Positions 14,419 through 28,170 of a DNA stretch of 64,000 bases are shown here, piece by piece (position 1 is the stretch's first letter; every line of letters starts with the position of its first letter). The stretch is from the human T2T-CHM13v2.0 reference genome, Homo sapiens, in the NCBI RefSeq assembly GCF_009914755.1, contig NC_060944.1, one strand, 5' to 3'. Both the position numbers and the translations under genes were made by a program. Below the pieces are notes generated by a model. It worked only from the letters and a program-made list of their open reading frames with translations. It made no database searches and was not told the origin of the DNA.

Positions 14419-15483
14419 CTCTGGACAGTGTTTTACTTCATACATAATTGTGATCAAATAAAGACATTTGACTTGTCAGAATTCTTTTCATGAAGAGCAT
14501 TGCATTTTTATGACAAAGGAAATTTCCTTGACAAGCTTGCCTGAGTCACAGCAGGGCCTGAAAGTGGGAAGAACTCTTCTGCAAAGACAAGGTAGTGATA
14601 GGGCTCTGCCTACCTTAGGGAGAAGAGGGAAGGTGGAAACAGAGCCGCAAGCTGGTGGGTAATAAATGGAGGAAGGCCTCCTGCTCCTTCCCCTTAAATC
14701 TTCAGAAAGTTAAATAGTGAAATGCTTGAAAATAATGGAATTTATTTTAAAGGATGCCAGTGAAAGCAGTAGCAGTTCCCAGGCATACTTGCAGATTTTA
14801 ATTGCTTTTAAGTTCTTACAAAAATTCCAAATTAGCTCAAAATCTCAGGGTAGGACACAGGCCCCAGAACTTGCTGAAGCTCACCTGCAGATTCCAACAT
14901 GCAGGCATGTTTGGGAACCCCTGGGTTCAGATGAGCCTCCTGCAACCCAGGCAGGTGAATGCAGGGTGCAAAGGCAGAGAGAAGCCAGTGTGAGGCATTG
15001 CAGGAATTCCCCAAATGCAGAGAATGTTCTGGACTCTAAGCTTATGAAATCAGGATTCGAATTCAAGTGGAACCAGAACTCCAAGCCAGGAGGGTCCCAG
15101 CCAACAACCGCTAAGGAGGCACTTGGTTTGAGAGAATGGCTTCATTAAGCCTGTTTCCTTCTCTGTTAAATGGGAATAATAACACCTGTGACTAAGAAAT
15201 GTTTTGAGGAACAGAGGAGAAGATGTGGATAGATTTGCTTTGTTATGTGCTGTATAGAGAGGCAGCTCCATATAGCTCTTTGAACGTGGTTTGCTACTTT
15301 ACAGGGCACAGCTTTTGATAGAAAGGGATAGTGGAGAATAATTTGTGAATCTAGGGTGGGAAGTATCCACCAGTACAGGAAAGAGAGGCACTGGCTGAAT
15401 CGCCACCTTGTGGTGGAAACTTGAGTTGCAGGAGTGGGAGCCAGAGGCTTAAAATGAGTAGACTTAAATCGTACCAAGCCTAG

Positions 15484-15696
15484 CAGGGTTTCTCACCCTC
15501 TGCACTGTTGATATTTTGGGCAAAATAATTCTTTTTTGGGGGATGTTTTGTGCATGGTAGGCTATTTAGCCGCATCTATAGCCTTTTCCCACTAGCCACA
15601 CCCCTCCCCTGCAGCTGTGACAACCAAAAATGTCCCCAGACGTTGCCAAATATCCCTTCCCAGGGGCAGAATTCCTCCTGGTTGAAAACCAGGGTG
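15484..15696 (-). mobile_element. MER20
   Basis: tgtgacaaccaaaaatgtccccagacgttgccaaat...ggttgaaaacca. Confidence 0.88.
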
Positions 15697-15858
15697 CTAT
15701 AGAAAACGTCAAACAACAACAATAACAACAATAATAATATCTTCTAGCAGTTTTTGAGTGCTTAATATTTCTAGTGCTTTGCCTAACATGCTAACCACTT
15801 TACGTCTATTGATTTCTTTGATCCTCACAACATCTCCCCATCTCCAATTTGAGGAAGC

Positions 15859-16218
<360 letters not shown>

Positions 16219-16254
16219 TTAGTCTGGAGTAGAGGGTGTCTGGAGACCAAAATC

Positions 16255-16530
16255 TATATTAGTTTCCTAACGTTGTAAAAAAATCACAGTAAACTTAGTA
16301 GCTTAGAACAACACCAATGTATTATCTTACAGTTCTGGAGGTCAGAATTCCAAAGTGGGTCTTATGGGCTAAAATCAGGGTGTCATAGGGCTGTGTTCCT
16401 TCTGGAGGCTCTAGAGAAGAATCTGTTTCCTTCTCTATTTTAGTGTCTAGAGCCTTCCTTTGCCCATGCCCCTCCATCCATCTTCAAAGCACATCATTCC
16501 AACCTCTGCTTCCGCAGTCATGTCTTCAGA
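16255..16530 (-). mobile_element. MLT1 (C/D-like) LTR, partial
   Basis: tattagtttcct...tattatcttacagttctggaggtcagaa...ttccttctggaggctctag. Confidence 0.8.
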
Positions 16531-16933
16531 CCTATGTGGGCTGCGTGTCTGAGGGAGGCAGCCCCTTCCTGGAGCCCTGGAGAGCCTTGCTGAGAAGAAT
16601 TCGAGGATCTTACAGGAGGCAGATATTAGCTGATACTGAGAAGAGATTTCTAAAAAGCATTCTTGCCCAGGGCTAGGCTGGGTTGTGTAGGGATTTGACC
16701 ATGGGAGGGAGTAGCTGAGATGGATGAAGGTGGAGGTCCCTGGAGATGGGGAGGTAGGGGATGCCTGACAGCCAGGATGATGGATGGGTTGTCTAGGTGC
16801 AAGGCGACTCTCTTAGGACGATGCTGGCTATTGGGTGAACAGGAGCCTGAGCAGTGGCCAAAGTCTTCAGTGTGTGAGGGGATGTGGCCAGGAGGTCAGA
16901 GGCTGGGAGAGACAAGGAGAGAAGGGTGGTAGA

Positions 16934-17128
16934 TGGGGCCAGCTGCATGGGCGTGCTGCCAGGGCAGTCCCACAGGCTTGGAAGAGCCCCGTGCTTCATG
17001 GTCGCTGTCTTGAAATTCTTCACGATTTTATACTTGAATTTGTGTTACAATGGAGAGTGTGTGCCTCTGCCTGTCATTGCCTCCCCAGGGCAGGCACCCA
17101 CACCCTCACCCCCTGCCACTTGGTCCTG
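16934..17128 (+). mobile_element. MER45-family hAT-Tip100 element
   Basis: gggccagctgcatgggcgtgc...gctgtcttgaaattctt...ggtcctg. Confidence 0.6.
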
Positions 17129-18389
17129 TTCTGATGCACACTTTTTTTCCTATTGACTGAATGATGCACACTTTAAAACTGGGTAATTGAGAGCAGTTTA
17201 ATGAAGGGGCCATTTATATTCATGTAGGCAGAGGGAGGGAGTCACAAGGGATGAGGTGGTGTCCCGAGCTAGCAGCTGTAGGGAGCCTTTAGCATCTCCA
17301 GGCAAAGAGGCAAGGGGCTGGTGGTTACCAGCACTCAGAGCGGGAGTTGTGTGGAGAGAGCTCCTTGGGTAGAGGGACACAGCCAACCCATGGTCACCCA
17401 CAGGGACCCTGCAGAGCAGGAGCCAGAGGATGAGTCCTCAGCCTCATCCTCCCTCCTTCAGGTCTCCTGCCAGTGCTGTCTAGTTCAACCAGGAGCCAGA
17501 GGGCAGGCGGTCCATAGGTCATCCTCTCCGGCCACCTAGCAGTGGGAGGAGGCTCTTGAGTGGACCTGGAGGGGCCAGGGGGCTACTGGTGGGGGTGGAA
17601 AATTCTGAAGAGAGTCAGGTTGGGGGGACGTGCCCAGTTTAGGCCTGGCCTGGTGATTCGAGGTGCATGGAGAAGTCTGGGAAAAGCTGGAGTCAGGATG
17701 GGAGGGCCTTCAGCATTTTGGTCGGGTCCCTACCAGCCTTGCACACCCAGGTTGGAGCAGACCCAGATGTGGAGGGGGGCTTGGGAGCCTTTGCAAGTCT
17801 GTTCTGTAAAACTCACTTTCCATTTTGCCCGGGAGGAGCAGCTGCTGGCTGGGAAAGGCTTACCCTGACCCCAACCACCTGCTCCCTTTTCCCAGTCAGG
17901 GCTTTCGCCCCAGCCCCAACCCCGGGGGTGGGTAGTTTTGTCTTTCCCTTGGCCCCTGGCTGGCCTGGCCAGCAACAGCTCTGTCTCCTGCTGTCAGGCC
18001 ACCAGAATGTGACAAGTGGCAGATGGGCCTCTGATCAATGGACCCCATCCCCAAGCAAGGACAGTGGGGCTGGGGGCAGGGTGGGGAGCGGCCGCTAATG
18101 GATGGGCCTGAGAGCAGTGACGGATGGGCAGAAAGAAGCTGCCATTTGTCTTGGAAGTGAGTGACTCCAGGGAGGAGGAGAAGGGAGGGTGGCTGTTGGG
18201 CTCCAGGGTGGAGAGAAAGCAACCGGAGCCAAAGCCCAGCAGGGCTGGGAGGATGGGGCCTGAGGGTGCCCTGGATGGGATGGGATTGGGAGAAAGGTTT
18301 TTCCTACCTACCTTTAACTAGAGCTCTTCAGTCCTAGCCAAGAGGGTCCTGACATGTTGAGTGGAAGATCCAGGGGCATCCTGTAAAAA

Positions 18390-19265
<876 letters not shown>

Positions 19266-19269
19266 GGTT

Positions 19270-19410
19270 CTAACTCCAGTTTTGATGCTTCCTGGCTTTG
19301 TGAGTTTGAACCATCTCCTGAGCCTCAGCGTCCTCATTTGCAAAGGGAGGGGGACTGTCCTTCTTCCCAGAGCCCCTGTGAGGATTATGCAAGACAATGT
19401 GCATCAGCCA
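19270..19410 (+). mobile_element. MIR
   Basis: ctgagcctcagcgtcctcatttgcaaa...tgtgaggatt. Confidence 0.65.
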
Positions 19411-20086
19411 ATGCCCATATTTTAGAGAAGTCTAGAAGGCCTGGGACTTGTTGAGGTTGGAAAAGAAAACTGCCTCATATCTCCATTCATCCAGCCAGTA
19501 ACAAATTCTCAAAGTAAGATAAGACCTGGGTCTAAGGATAAAATTAAGGATGTTGCTGTAAGACCCCTTGTTAAACCCTCTGAAAGACTTAAGGTGGTAC
19601 TAGCAGACCCTTTAGCTAGACACTGTGGTTTCTAAGACTCTTAAGGGTCCAACAGGAGGGAAGAAGAGAAAGAGAAGCCTGTTTCAACTGAAATGAACCT
19701 CAGTCAGATGCATAGAAAACCCATAACATTTTCAAGATATCTGTATCAGTGAAAACACTGTAAGTGTGTACAAAAAGTGACTGCAACTTTTCAAAATAAA
19801 AACAGGCCTCTGAGTCTCCAATTTTCTAAGAGCAGAAAGGCTGAAAAAAACTATGTAGCTATAAATATCAGCCATTTCTTATGCAAACAGAAGGATGATT
19901 AGGAGAGGAGAACCAAGAGTCCAGAGAGGAAAGTTAAGAGCCATAGAGAACAATGGACTAGGGAATCACTCCAAGGAAGCAGAATTGGACCCGAATCAAG
20001 GGCTGTTCCCTGCCCCTGGAAGCAGAGGGAATTGACAACCTGTGCTTTGCTGGATTTTGATGTTTCTATGAACCAGGGACCACTAA

Positions 20087-20448
<362 letters not shown>

Positions 20449-20538
20449 CTCTTTTTCATCTTTATATGTTGAGTATGGGGGTGAGTAGTAGGAGCTGCAC
20501 CTTATGAAGCCCATCTGCCTCTGTCCCTGATTCAGAAG

Positions 20539-20920
20539 TGCTATCAACTGAATTGTCTCTTCCCAAAGTCATAGGTTGAAGCTGTAACCCTCAATGTGAC
20601 TGTATTTGGAGTTAGGCCTTTTAGGAGGTAGTTGAGGTTAATAAGGTCATAATAGTGGGGTCTTAATCTAATAGTATTGGTGGCCTTAGAAGAGGAAGAG
20701 AGAAATCTCTCCCTTGCTTCATGGACACGAACCAAGGAGGGCCATGTGAGGACACAGCAAGAAGGTGGCTGTCTGCAAGCCAGGAAATGAGCCCTCACTA
20801 GAACCTGACCATGCTGGCACCTGGATCTTGGACTGCAAGCTCCAGAACTGAGAAAATAAATTTCTCTTGTTTAAGCCCCCCAGTCTATGGTATTTTGTTA
20901 CGGCAGCCTGAGCTAAGACA
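20539..20920 (+). mobile_element. MLT1A/MST-type solo LTR
   Basis: tgctatcaactgaattgt...gccatgtgaggacacagc...gagctaagaca; TSD agaag/agaac. Confidence 0.88.
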
Positions 20921-21174
20921 AGAACTCAAGGTTCTGAACATGAAGCTATAATGGCATGAGACATTTTGTGGGAGGGGAGAATGAGCATATTTTGAATGTG
21001 GAAGAAATGAAAGTAATTGTAGCAGAGAGTGGACCAAAATAAGCTTAAAAACATGGCCACAATATTTTTTAGTCCCTTCCATTAAAAAATAGTCTACTTT
21101 CCTAAGCTGCCTTGTCATCTGCATTGACATGCAGAATGTGGTGGAAGTGATATCAGTAAGCTCTAGAGTGTGGC

Positions 21175-21420
21175 AAAATGTTAAAAACAACCCAAATGGC
21201 CATCATCAGGGGGCTGGCTAAATAAACAATGATGCATCTATATCTGGAATGCCTCAGCACTAAAACAATGCCTCAGAGCATTAAAAACAATGAAGTGGAT
21301 CTGTTTCTATCAAGATGGTAGTATCTTCAAGACATATGGTCAAGTTATGAAAACAAGTTGCTGAATGATAACTTCAAGTAAGATACCATTTATGTTAAAA
21401 TATAAGTTCATGAAAAGATA
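21175..21420 (+). mobile_element. Old L1 3' fragment
   Basis: aaacaacccaaatggccatca...ggctaaataaac. Confidence 0.65.
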
Positions 21421-21427
21421 CCATATA

Positions 21428-22088
21428 TAGTTGTCCCTTGGTATCCACAGGGTATTGGCTCCAGGATACCCCTTGGATTCTAAAATCAATGGATGCTGAA
21501 GTCTCTGATATAAAATGGCATAGTATTTGCATACAACATATGAACATCCTTTTGTGTACTTTTTTTTTTTTTTTTTTTGAGACAGAGTCTTGCTCTGTTG
21601 CCCAGGCCGGAGTGCAGTGGTACAATCTCGGCTCACTGCATCTTCTGCCTCCCGGATTCAAGCGATTCTCCTGCCTCAGCCTCCTGAGTAGCTGGGATTA
21701 CAGATGTGTGCCGTCATACCTGGCTAATTTTTGTATTTTTAGTAGAGACTGGGGTTTCACCATGTTGCCAGGCTGGTCTTGAACTCCTGACCTCAGGTGA
21801 TCTGCCTGCCTTGGCCTCCCAAGGTGCTGGGATTACAGGCATGAGCTACCGTGCCCAGCCCTTTTGTATACTTTTAATAATTTCTAGGTTACTTATAATA
21901 CCTAATACAATGTAAATTCTATATAAATAATTGTTATACTATTTATATTATTTATAATTTTTATTATTTATATTTATATGATTTATATTTTAATTTTGCA
22001 TTGTTATTTTGTATTTTTTCTGAATTTATTCGGTCAGTGGCTGGTCGAATCCATGGGTGTGGAGTCCAAAGATATGGAAGGCTGACTG
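21428..22088 (+). mobile_element. MER2 (Tigger) split by an Alu
   Basis: TIR-like ends tagttgtcccttggtatcc / gatatggaaggctgactg, TA on both flanks. Confidence 0.85.
21560..21860 (-). mobile_element. AluS inserted in MER2
   Basis: TSD cttttgt(g/a)tactttt at 21549 and 21861. Confidence 0.95.
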
Positions 22089-22569
22089 TATTTTCCTGTA
22101 CATAGTGAGTGTGTGTGTTTTTATGTTTGTGCCTGCACACATACACTCGTGTGTGCGTAAGATCATTAGAATAAAATAATAAGTTCTACTCAATAACCCC
22201 TTCCAGAATCTGGCCTGGGGTTGACATTATTCTCCCTGGCCCTTGGTTAGTGGAAACCACAGCTTCTTCTCCTCTGAGGGTGCTTCCCTTGAGTCTAGGG
22301 TGATTCCTTTATGGCCCTGGGTGCTGTCATTGGTCCTTCCTGCCACCATGGCTGCCAGTTCCTTCTCCTTACTGTCCCTTCTCCCTCTGCAGCTGGAAGA
22401 TCATTCTCGTTGATCCAGAAGGCACAGGTGCTCCCAAGCTGTGGCGTGTGTGGGTCCCTGCTATCCGTCATTGGCAGGACTTCAGCGTCAGCCTAGGCCT
22501 CCATTCCTTAGGAGCTTCTTGCCATTGTGTCACTAAAATGTCACATTGTCTTGTCCTGAGCCGTTCTTG

Positions 22570-23060
22570 TGAGGAGCCAGTGCAATGCAGAGGGGAACAG
22601 AATAATAGGATTGGCCCTTTTTATGGCCCTACAGCTAGCTGTGCAACCTCAGGCCAGCCACTTAATATTCCCCAGCAAATCTTGCTTTTTATGAAATGGG
22701 GACAGGAGTGTCTTGCTCCTAGGGAGCAAATGTGATAATGCAGGTAAAGTGCCCCATGCAATGGCAGGCGTGCTGCAGGTGCTTGCAAAAGGATTTTCCC
22801 TTTCTGCCCCTAATTCCAGTGTGGCTGTAAATCCCTTCATAGCTGTGTGGCTTTGGGCAAGTCACTTAACCTTTCTGAACCATACCTGTCAAATGGTGAT
22901 AATGACATCTCCCCTACAATGTTCATTCATTCATTGAGCAAATATTTATCAAGGACCTAGTACGGGCTGGGCATCATGCTAAGCATTAGGGATATAGTGA
23001 CGGATGAGACTGATGAAGTCTGTGATTTGATGTTGACGATTGCCTAGTGAGAAAGAGAAA
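22570..23060. mobile_element. MIR/MIR/L2 fragments
   Basis: tgtgtggctttgggcaagtcacttaacctttctgaac; ttcattcattcattgagcaaatatttat. Confidence 0.65.
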
Positions 23061-23406
23061 TAAAACAAATGACTGTATCGATAATTGTCATGAGCTTGGA
23101 GTTGAAGCAATAAAATATGTTGTACCCAGTAGGTGCTTCAGGAAGGCAGCCACCCATCACCTACTGCAGTCCCAGCCACAACTGGGCTGCATGAAACCAC
23201 TACTGGAGCCCCAGCAGAGAGCTCACTTCCACCACCCTGCCTGTGGGGCTCAGCTCAGCAATGCTCTGGCATCTTCTATATTGTCCTGTGTGATTTCTCA
23301 GAAGAGGTAGACTGTCCCAAAGGCCAGAGCACTGCTGCTGTCTGAGCAGCCAAGATGCCGAAGCTTCATCTCAAACTTTCATTATCCTTTGCCTTGGGCT
23401 GTCCTG

Positions 23407-24851
23407 TTTTCCTCTCCCCTCCCCCCTCCCCTCCCTCCCCCCTCCCCTCCCTCCCCCCTCCCGCCTCCCCTCCCCTCCCGCCTCCCCTCCCCTCCCGCCT
23501 CCCCTCCCCTCCCGCCTCCCCTCCCCTCCCGCCTCCCCTCCCCTCCCGCCTCCCCTCCCCTCCCGCCTCCCCTCCCATCCCCTCCCCCTCCCATGCTCCT
23601 TGCTCTCCCCTCCCTCCCCTCCTCTCTCCTCCCCCTCCCTCCTCCTCCCCCTCCCTCCTGCTCCCCCTCCCTCCTGCTCCCCCTCCCTCCTGCTCCCCCT
23701 CCCTCCTCCTCCCCCTCCCTCCTCCTCCCCTCCCCTCCCCCTCTCCTCCCCTCCCCCTCATCCCATCCCCTCCCCCTCCCATGCTCCTTGCTCTCCCCTC
23801 CCTCCCCTCCTCTCTCCTCCCCCTCCCCTCCTCTCTCCTCCTCTCTCCTCCTCCCTCCTCTCTCCTCCCCCCTCCCCTCCCCTCTCCTCCCCCCTCCCCT
23901 CCCCTCTCCTCCCCCTCCCCCTCCCCTCTCCTCCCCCTCCCCCTCCCCTCTCCTCCCCCTCCCCTCTCCTCCCCCTCCCCTCTCCCCCCCTCCCCTCTCC
24001 CCTCTCCCCCCTCCCCTCTCCCCCCTCCCCTCTCCCCCCTCCCCTCTCCCCCCTCCCCTCTCCCCCTCCCCTCTCCCCCTCCCCTCTCCCCCTCCCCTCT
24101 CCCCCTCCCCTCTCCCCCTCCCCTCTCCCCCTCCCCTCTCCCCCTCCCCTCTCCTCCCCCTCCCCTCTCCTCCCCCTCCCCTCTCCTCCCCCCTCCCCCT
24201 CCCTCTCTCCTCCCATCCCCTCCCCCTCCCATGCCCCTTACTCTCCCCTCCCCCTTCTCCCCTCCCCTCCCCCTTCTCCCCTCCCCTCCCCCTTCTCCCC
24301 TCCCCCTTCTCCCCTCCCCCTTCTCCCCTCCCCCTTCTCCCCTCCCCCTTCTCCCCTCCCCCTTCTCCCCTCCCCCTTCTCCCCTCCCCCTTCTCCCCTC
24401 CCCCTCCCCCTCTCTCCCCCTCTCTCCCCCTCTCTCCCCCTCTCTCCCCCTCTCTCCCCCTCTCTCCCCCTCTCTCCCTCCCTCCCCCTCCCTCCCCTCT
24501 CCCTCCCCCTCTCTCCCCTCCCCCTCTCTCCCCTCCCCCTCTCTCCCCTCCCCCTCTCTCCCCTCCCCCTCTCTCCCCTCCCTCCCCTCTCTCCCCTCTC
24601 TCCCCCCTCTCCCCCTCTCTCCCCCCTCTCCCCCTCTCTCCCCTCCCTCCCCGTCTCTCCCCCTCCCCCTCCCCCTCCCTCCCCCTCCCCTCCCCCTCCC
24701 TCCCCCCTCCCCTCCCCCTCCCCCCTCCCCCCTCTCCCCTCCTCCTCCCCCCTCTCCCCTCCTCCTCCCCCTTCTCCCCTCCTCCTCCCCCTTCTCCCCT
24801 CCCCCCTTCTCCCCTCACTTCCCCCCTCCTTTTTCCTTCCTTCTTTTTCTT
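23407..24851. repeat. 1.44-kb polypyrimidine compound tandem repeat
   Basis: Almost only C/T; ~7 x CCGCCTCCCCTCCCCTC (23461-23576), TCCCCCTTCTCCCC array (~24301-24400) and other C-run units. Confidence 0.98.
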
Positions 24852-25134
24852 AAGACTAGGTCCCATTCTGTTGCTCAGGCTGGAGTGCAGTGGTGCCATT
24901 TCAGCTCACTGCAATCTCTGTCTCCTGGGTTCAAGCGATCCTCCCACCTCAGCTCCCCAGTAGCTGGTACTACAGGTTTGTGCCATCATGCTCAGCTAAT
25001 CGTGGTATTTTTTTTATAGAGACATGGTTTTGCCATGTTTCCCAGGCTGGTCTCAAACTCCTGAGCTCAAACAATCCACCCCCCTCAACCTCTGAAAGTG
25101 CTGGGATTACAGGCGTGAGCCATTGCACCTGGCC
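24852..25134 (-). mobile_element. AluJ whose tail merges into the C/T tract
   Basis: aggctggagtgcagtgg...ctcctgagctcaa...gggattacaggcgtgagcca...tggcc. Confidence 0.92.
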
Positions 25135-25259
25135 TGTTCTGTTTCTTGGTGGGGAATTAATTCCATTCTTTCTAGGATTTTTTTTTTTTTTTAAATCTTC
25201 CTTGCTAAACCAGAGCATGGGGGAGGCTCCCAGGGACCCCTCATTCACTATCATTCAGA

Positions 25260-25450
25260 GTAGCAATAACCATCCATTAAGCATGATGCTATGCCAGGGC
25301 ACTTTACCCTCATGAACTCTTTGAATCTCACAGCAGCCCTGACAATATTATAATTCTCATTTTACAGAGAAGAAAATGGAGAAACAAAGAGGTTGGTTAA
25401 AGTGCCACAGCCACACGGTTGGTGGCTGTGTTTGAATTCAAACCTGGACA
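25260..25450 (-). mobile_element. MIR
   Basis: aatctcacagcagccct...catttTacagagaagaaaatgga. Confidence 0.65.
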
Positions 25451-26289
25451 CCTGTTGCCATTCTGAGGGTGTTCTGTAATAACATGCCTGAATCAGAGTT
25501 GGGAAGATGGAGCATGGGATGAGGACAAAGGAGAGAAGTCCAGAGGCTGGCTAGAGATGGTAAGAGTCCAGAGACAAGACCCTGGTGTTGCTGTCCTCAG
25601 CCTCTTTTGAGAAGTTCCTGTTATCTTTAGGGGAAGACAGGAGGGGATGGAGAAGAGAATTTCTGGGAGACCTCTTGAATGTTTCAGTTCCAAGACAGTA
25701 CCTGAGAAGTCCACTGTGAACAGTTGCCCACGTTGTGGACTCCACAGCTCTAGATGACACCATTCACACTGTTGTCAATGAGAATAGACTGTTTAGGTAC
25801 CCTGTAGGGACATGCATTTTGCATCCTGTGTCATAAGAGGACTTCTAAGCGGTACTGGCTAGAATGCTGCGGGGACAGGGAGAACCTTTCTCACCTTAGA
25901 ACAGGGTCCCTGGGCTCCTGCTGGGGAGAAAGATCAGAAAGGGACAGTCCACAGCAGGCCATTGAGTCTACTGGGAAGAATGAGATGGGAGATATGGGCA
26001 CTGTCTCTCCTAGCCAGCTTTTCTGGGTCTCTTTACCCTATTCAGACACACCTGGTGGTCTCACCCTCTGCTCCCCATACATGAGGCTGAGGTCCCTGCA
26101 CACCCAACCCTGGAATTGGAGCTGGAGCTCACCCTCCCTGCAGGGATGCCGGCTTTCAGGGCCCTGCCTCCAGTCCAGTACTGTGAGTAGCTTCTCTGTC
26201 CGCTCTCCTGGATGGCTTCTTCTGGGGACAGCTTGGGGCCCTAACTTGCCCATTTCCCAGAATCCTTCCTGCAACCAACTTGAGAGTTA

Positions 26290-26890
26290 AGGTAGCTCAG
26301 GGTGGTTAAAGGTTAATGTCTGCCCAGCCATTTATCTGCTTTGAATTGACTTATCCCTAAGAGTGTGGCTCTTTAAAATGCAGGAGAGTGTTGGAGCCAC
26401 CAAACTCTCTCATTGCCCAGTGTCCTCCCCCACCCACCCCCCTGTATAAATCCCCAGTCCCCCTCCCCTTCCTTGTCAGGAACCGATTTCAGCCCACAAT
26501 GGAGATGGTTTATTACAGCTCACTTCCTGCTGTGAGTAAATAAGTTTGTCTCCTTTAAATTCCCTGGGCAATTAGGAGAATGAAAGACTGAGCTTTGGAT
26601 TAGCATTTATTTCCTCCAAACGTTTATATGAGGCCATTTTCCCACTGACAAATTGTGGGGCAAATTGTTCTCGAGAAACTGTCTGCAGCAAAGGTGCTAT
26701 GATTAAACGGCCGGTGTAAATTTGGGGTCATAAATCCTTTCCCTGAGTTAATGGGATTTATTCACAGCAACTGCCATTACAGGCTCAAAGAAATAATAAT
26801 AAATGAGGTTGATTTTGCACCTGTTTCAGGGTAATTAATATGCACACTAAAGGGAAAAGAGGTTGTTTTTACAAACTGCCTCGCCTGTGG
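26290..26890. promoter_or_regulatory. Candidate developmental enhancer (repeat-free island)
   Basis: ETS cacttcctg 26521, FOX gtaaataa 26536, TGACA 26646, tgattaaa 26700, gtcataaa 26727, taattaat 26832. Confidence 0.5.
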
Positions 26891-27954
26891 CTCAAGATTT
26901 GGAGTCCTTCTGGAGTCTTCAGGTCAATGGCCAGCCTCTTTCAGGACAGAGAGCTGGGAGCAGTTGGGAAGGGGCTTGAGGCAGGGAGAGGGTGGTCTGG
27001 GGTGTGACCTGAGACTCTTGCGTTGCAGGTAACGGAACCTCCTCACGCTGGCTTGAGTAGTAGGGTTTGATATGAGGGCAAGGGGGTGAGTAAGACATTC
27101 ATGAAACTCAAGTGTGGTAATGTTATACTGAATACATTGGTTGCAAGTGACAGAAACCCAAGACAGCTGAACTCCTAGGACTGAAGGAAGTGTTCCAGGA
27201 ACCCCGGGCCCCAGGGATTGGAATGGAGACTTGGGACCACCAAGTCTTTCTCTCTTGTTCTCTTTCCTCTCTTTCTCTCTCATCTCTGTTTCTCTTTGTT
27301 CTTCCAGAGTTGACGCCAAAGTTCTCCTAGATGGAAGGTCAAAGTGCAAAACCCTCTTACATTCTCTAGTCTCCCTCACATGGGATAAAGGGGGTGGTGG
27401 TTATTCCTGAGGCACCCTGGAGGGGCCCAGCCCTTCCAGACCCCACTTCAAGCTCATCCTGGCCAGAAGGCCTCCCCCTCCTCTCAAGGAAGCCACTCAC
27501 CTTATACCATCCCCACTACTGGCACCACTGCCTGCCATTTTGTCCCTATGCCCAGGTGACCTGTCTTCTGCTCACAGAGCTTGCCCAGCTCTCCAGCCCC
27601 AGTGTTGCAGCCCAGGATCCCTCCCCAGCCCTGGTCGGACCGCTCCCTGGGAACCCTGACCCTGTGACTCCAGCTACTGCCTGCAGTATTGTTCCCAATG
27701 GATTCCCCCTGAATCCTGGGATCTGAGCTACACTCAGGTGGGGCCTCCTTGGAGGGGCATTTGGACACTGGACTTCTGATTCGAAGCAAGATCTGATCCC
27801 CTCTGCCTGTTTCTGTTCTGTCTGGTCCCGTTCTCCTCTCCACTCCCTAGGGAGGGCCTGGGCAGTTGAGGTCCTAAGGGGCTTCTCACTAGACCCTCAT
27901 AGGACAGCAGCTAGAGCAATCTGTCCAAACTCAAATTCAACCGCCCTGTTTTCC

Positions 27955-28170
27955 TGAGAGGCAGTGGAAGTACAGTGATTATGAGCTTGGGCCCTGGAGC
28001 TCGCATGCCTGGCTTTGAATCCCAGCTCACTGCTTCCTCGCTGTCTGATCCTGGCCAAATCCTTTCACCTCTTGGAGCCTTGGTTTCTTCCTCCTCTATG
28101 AGATGAAGATGACAGCAGTGCCCAGCTTGCCTGTTTTTTTAAAGTGTAAGTGAGATGGATTTTAGGCCTA
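27955..28170 (+). mobile_element. MIR
   Basis: gcctggctttgaatcccagctc...gagccttggtttcttcctct. Confidence 0.7.

Noticed and set aside
23355-25019. 554-aa Pro-rich ORF and overlapping Pro/Leu/Ser or Gly/Glu/Arg ORFs
   Set aside because: A C/T-only tract cannot contain stop codons, so all frames are open; the ORF ends inside an Alu.
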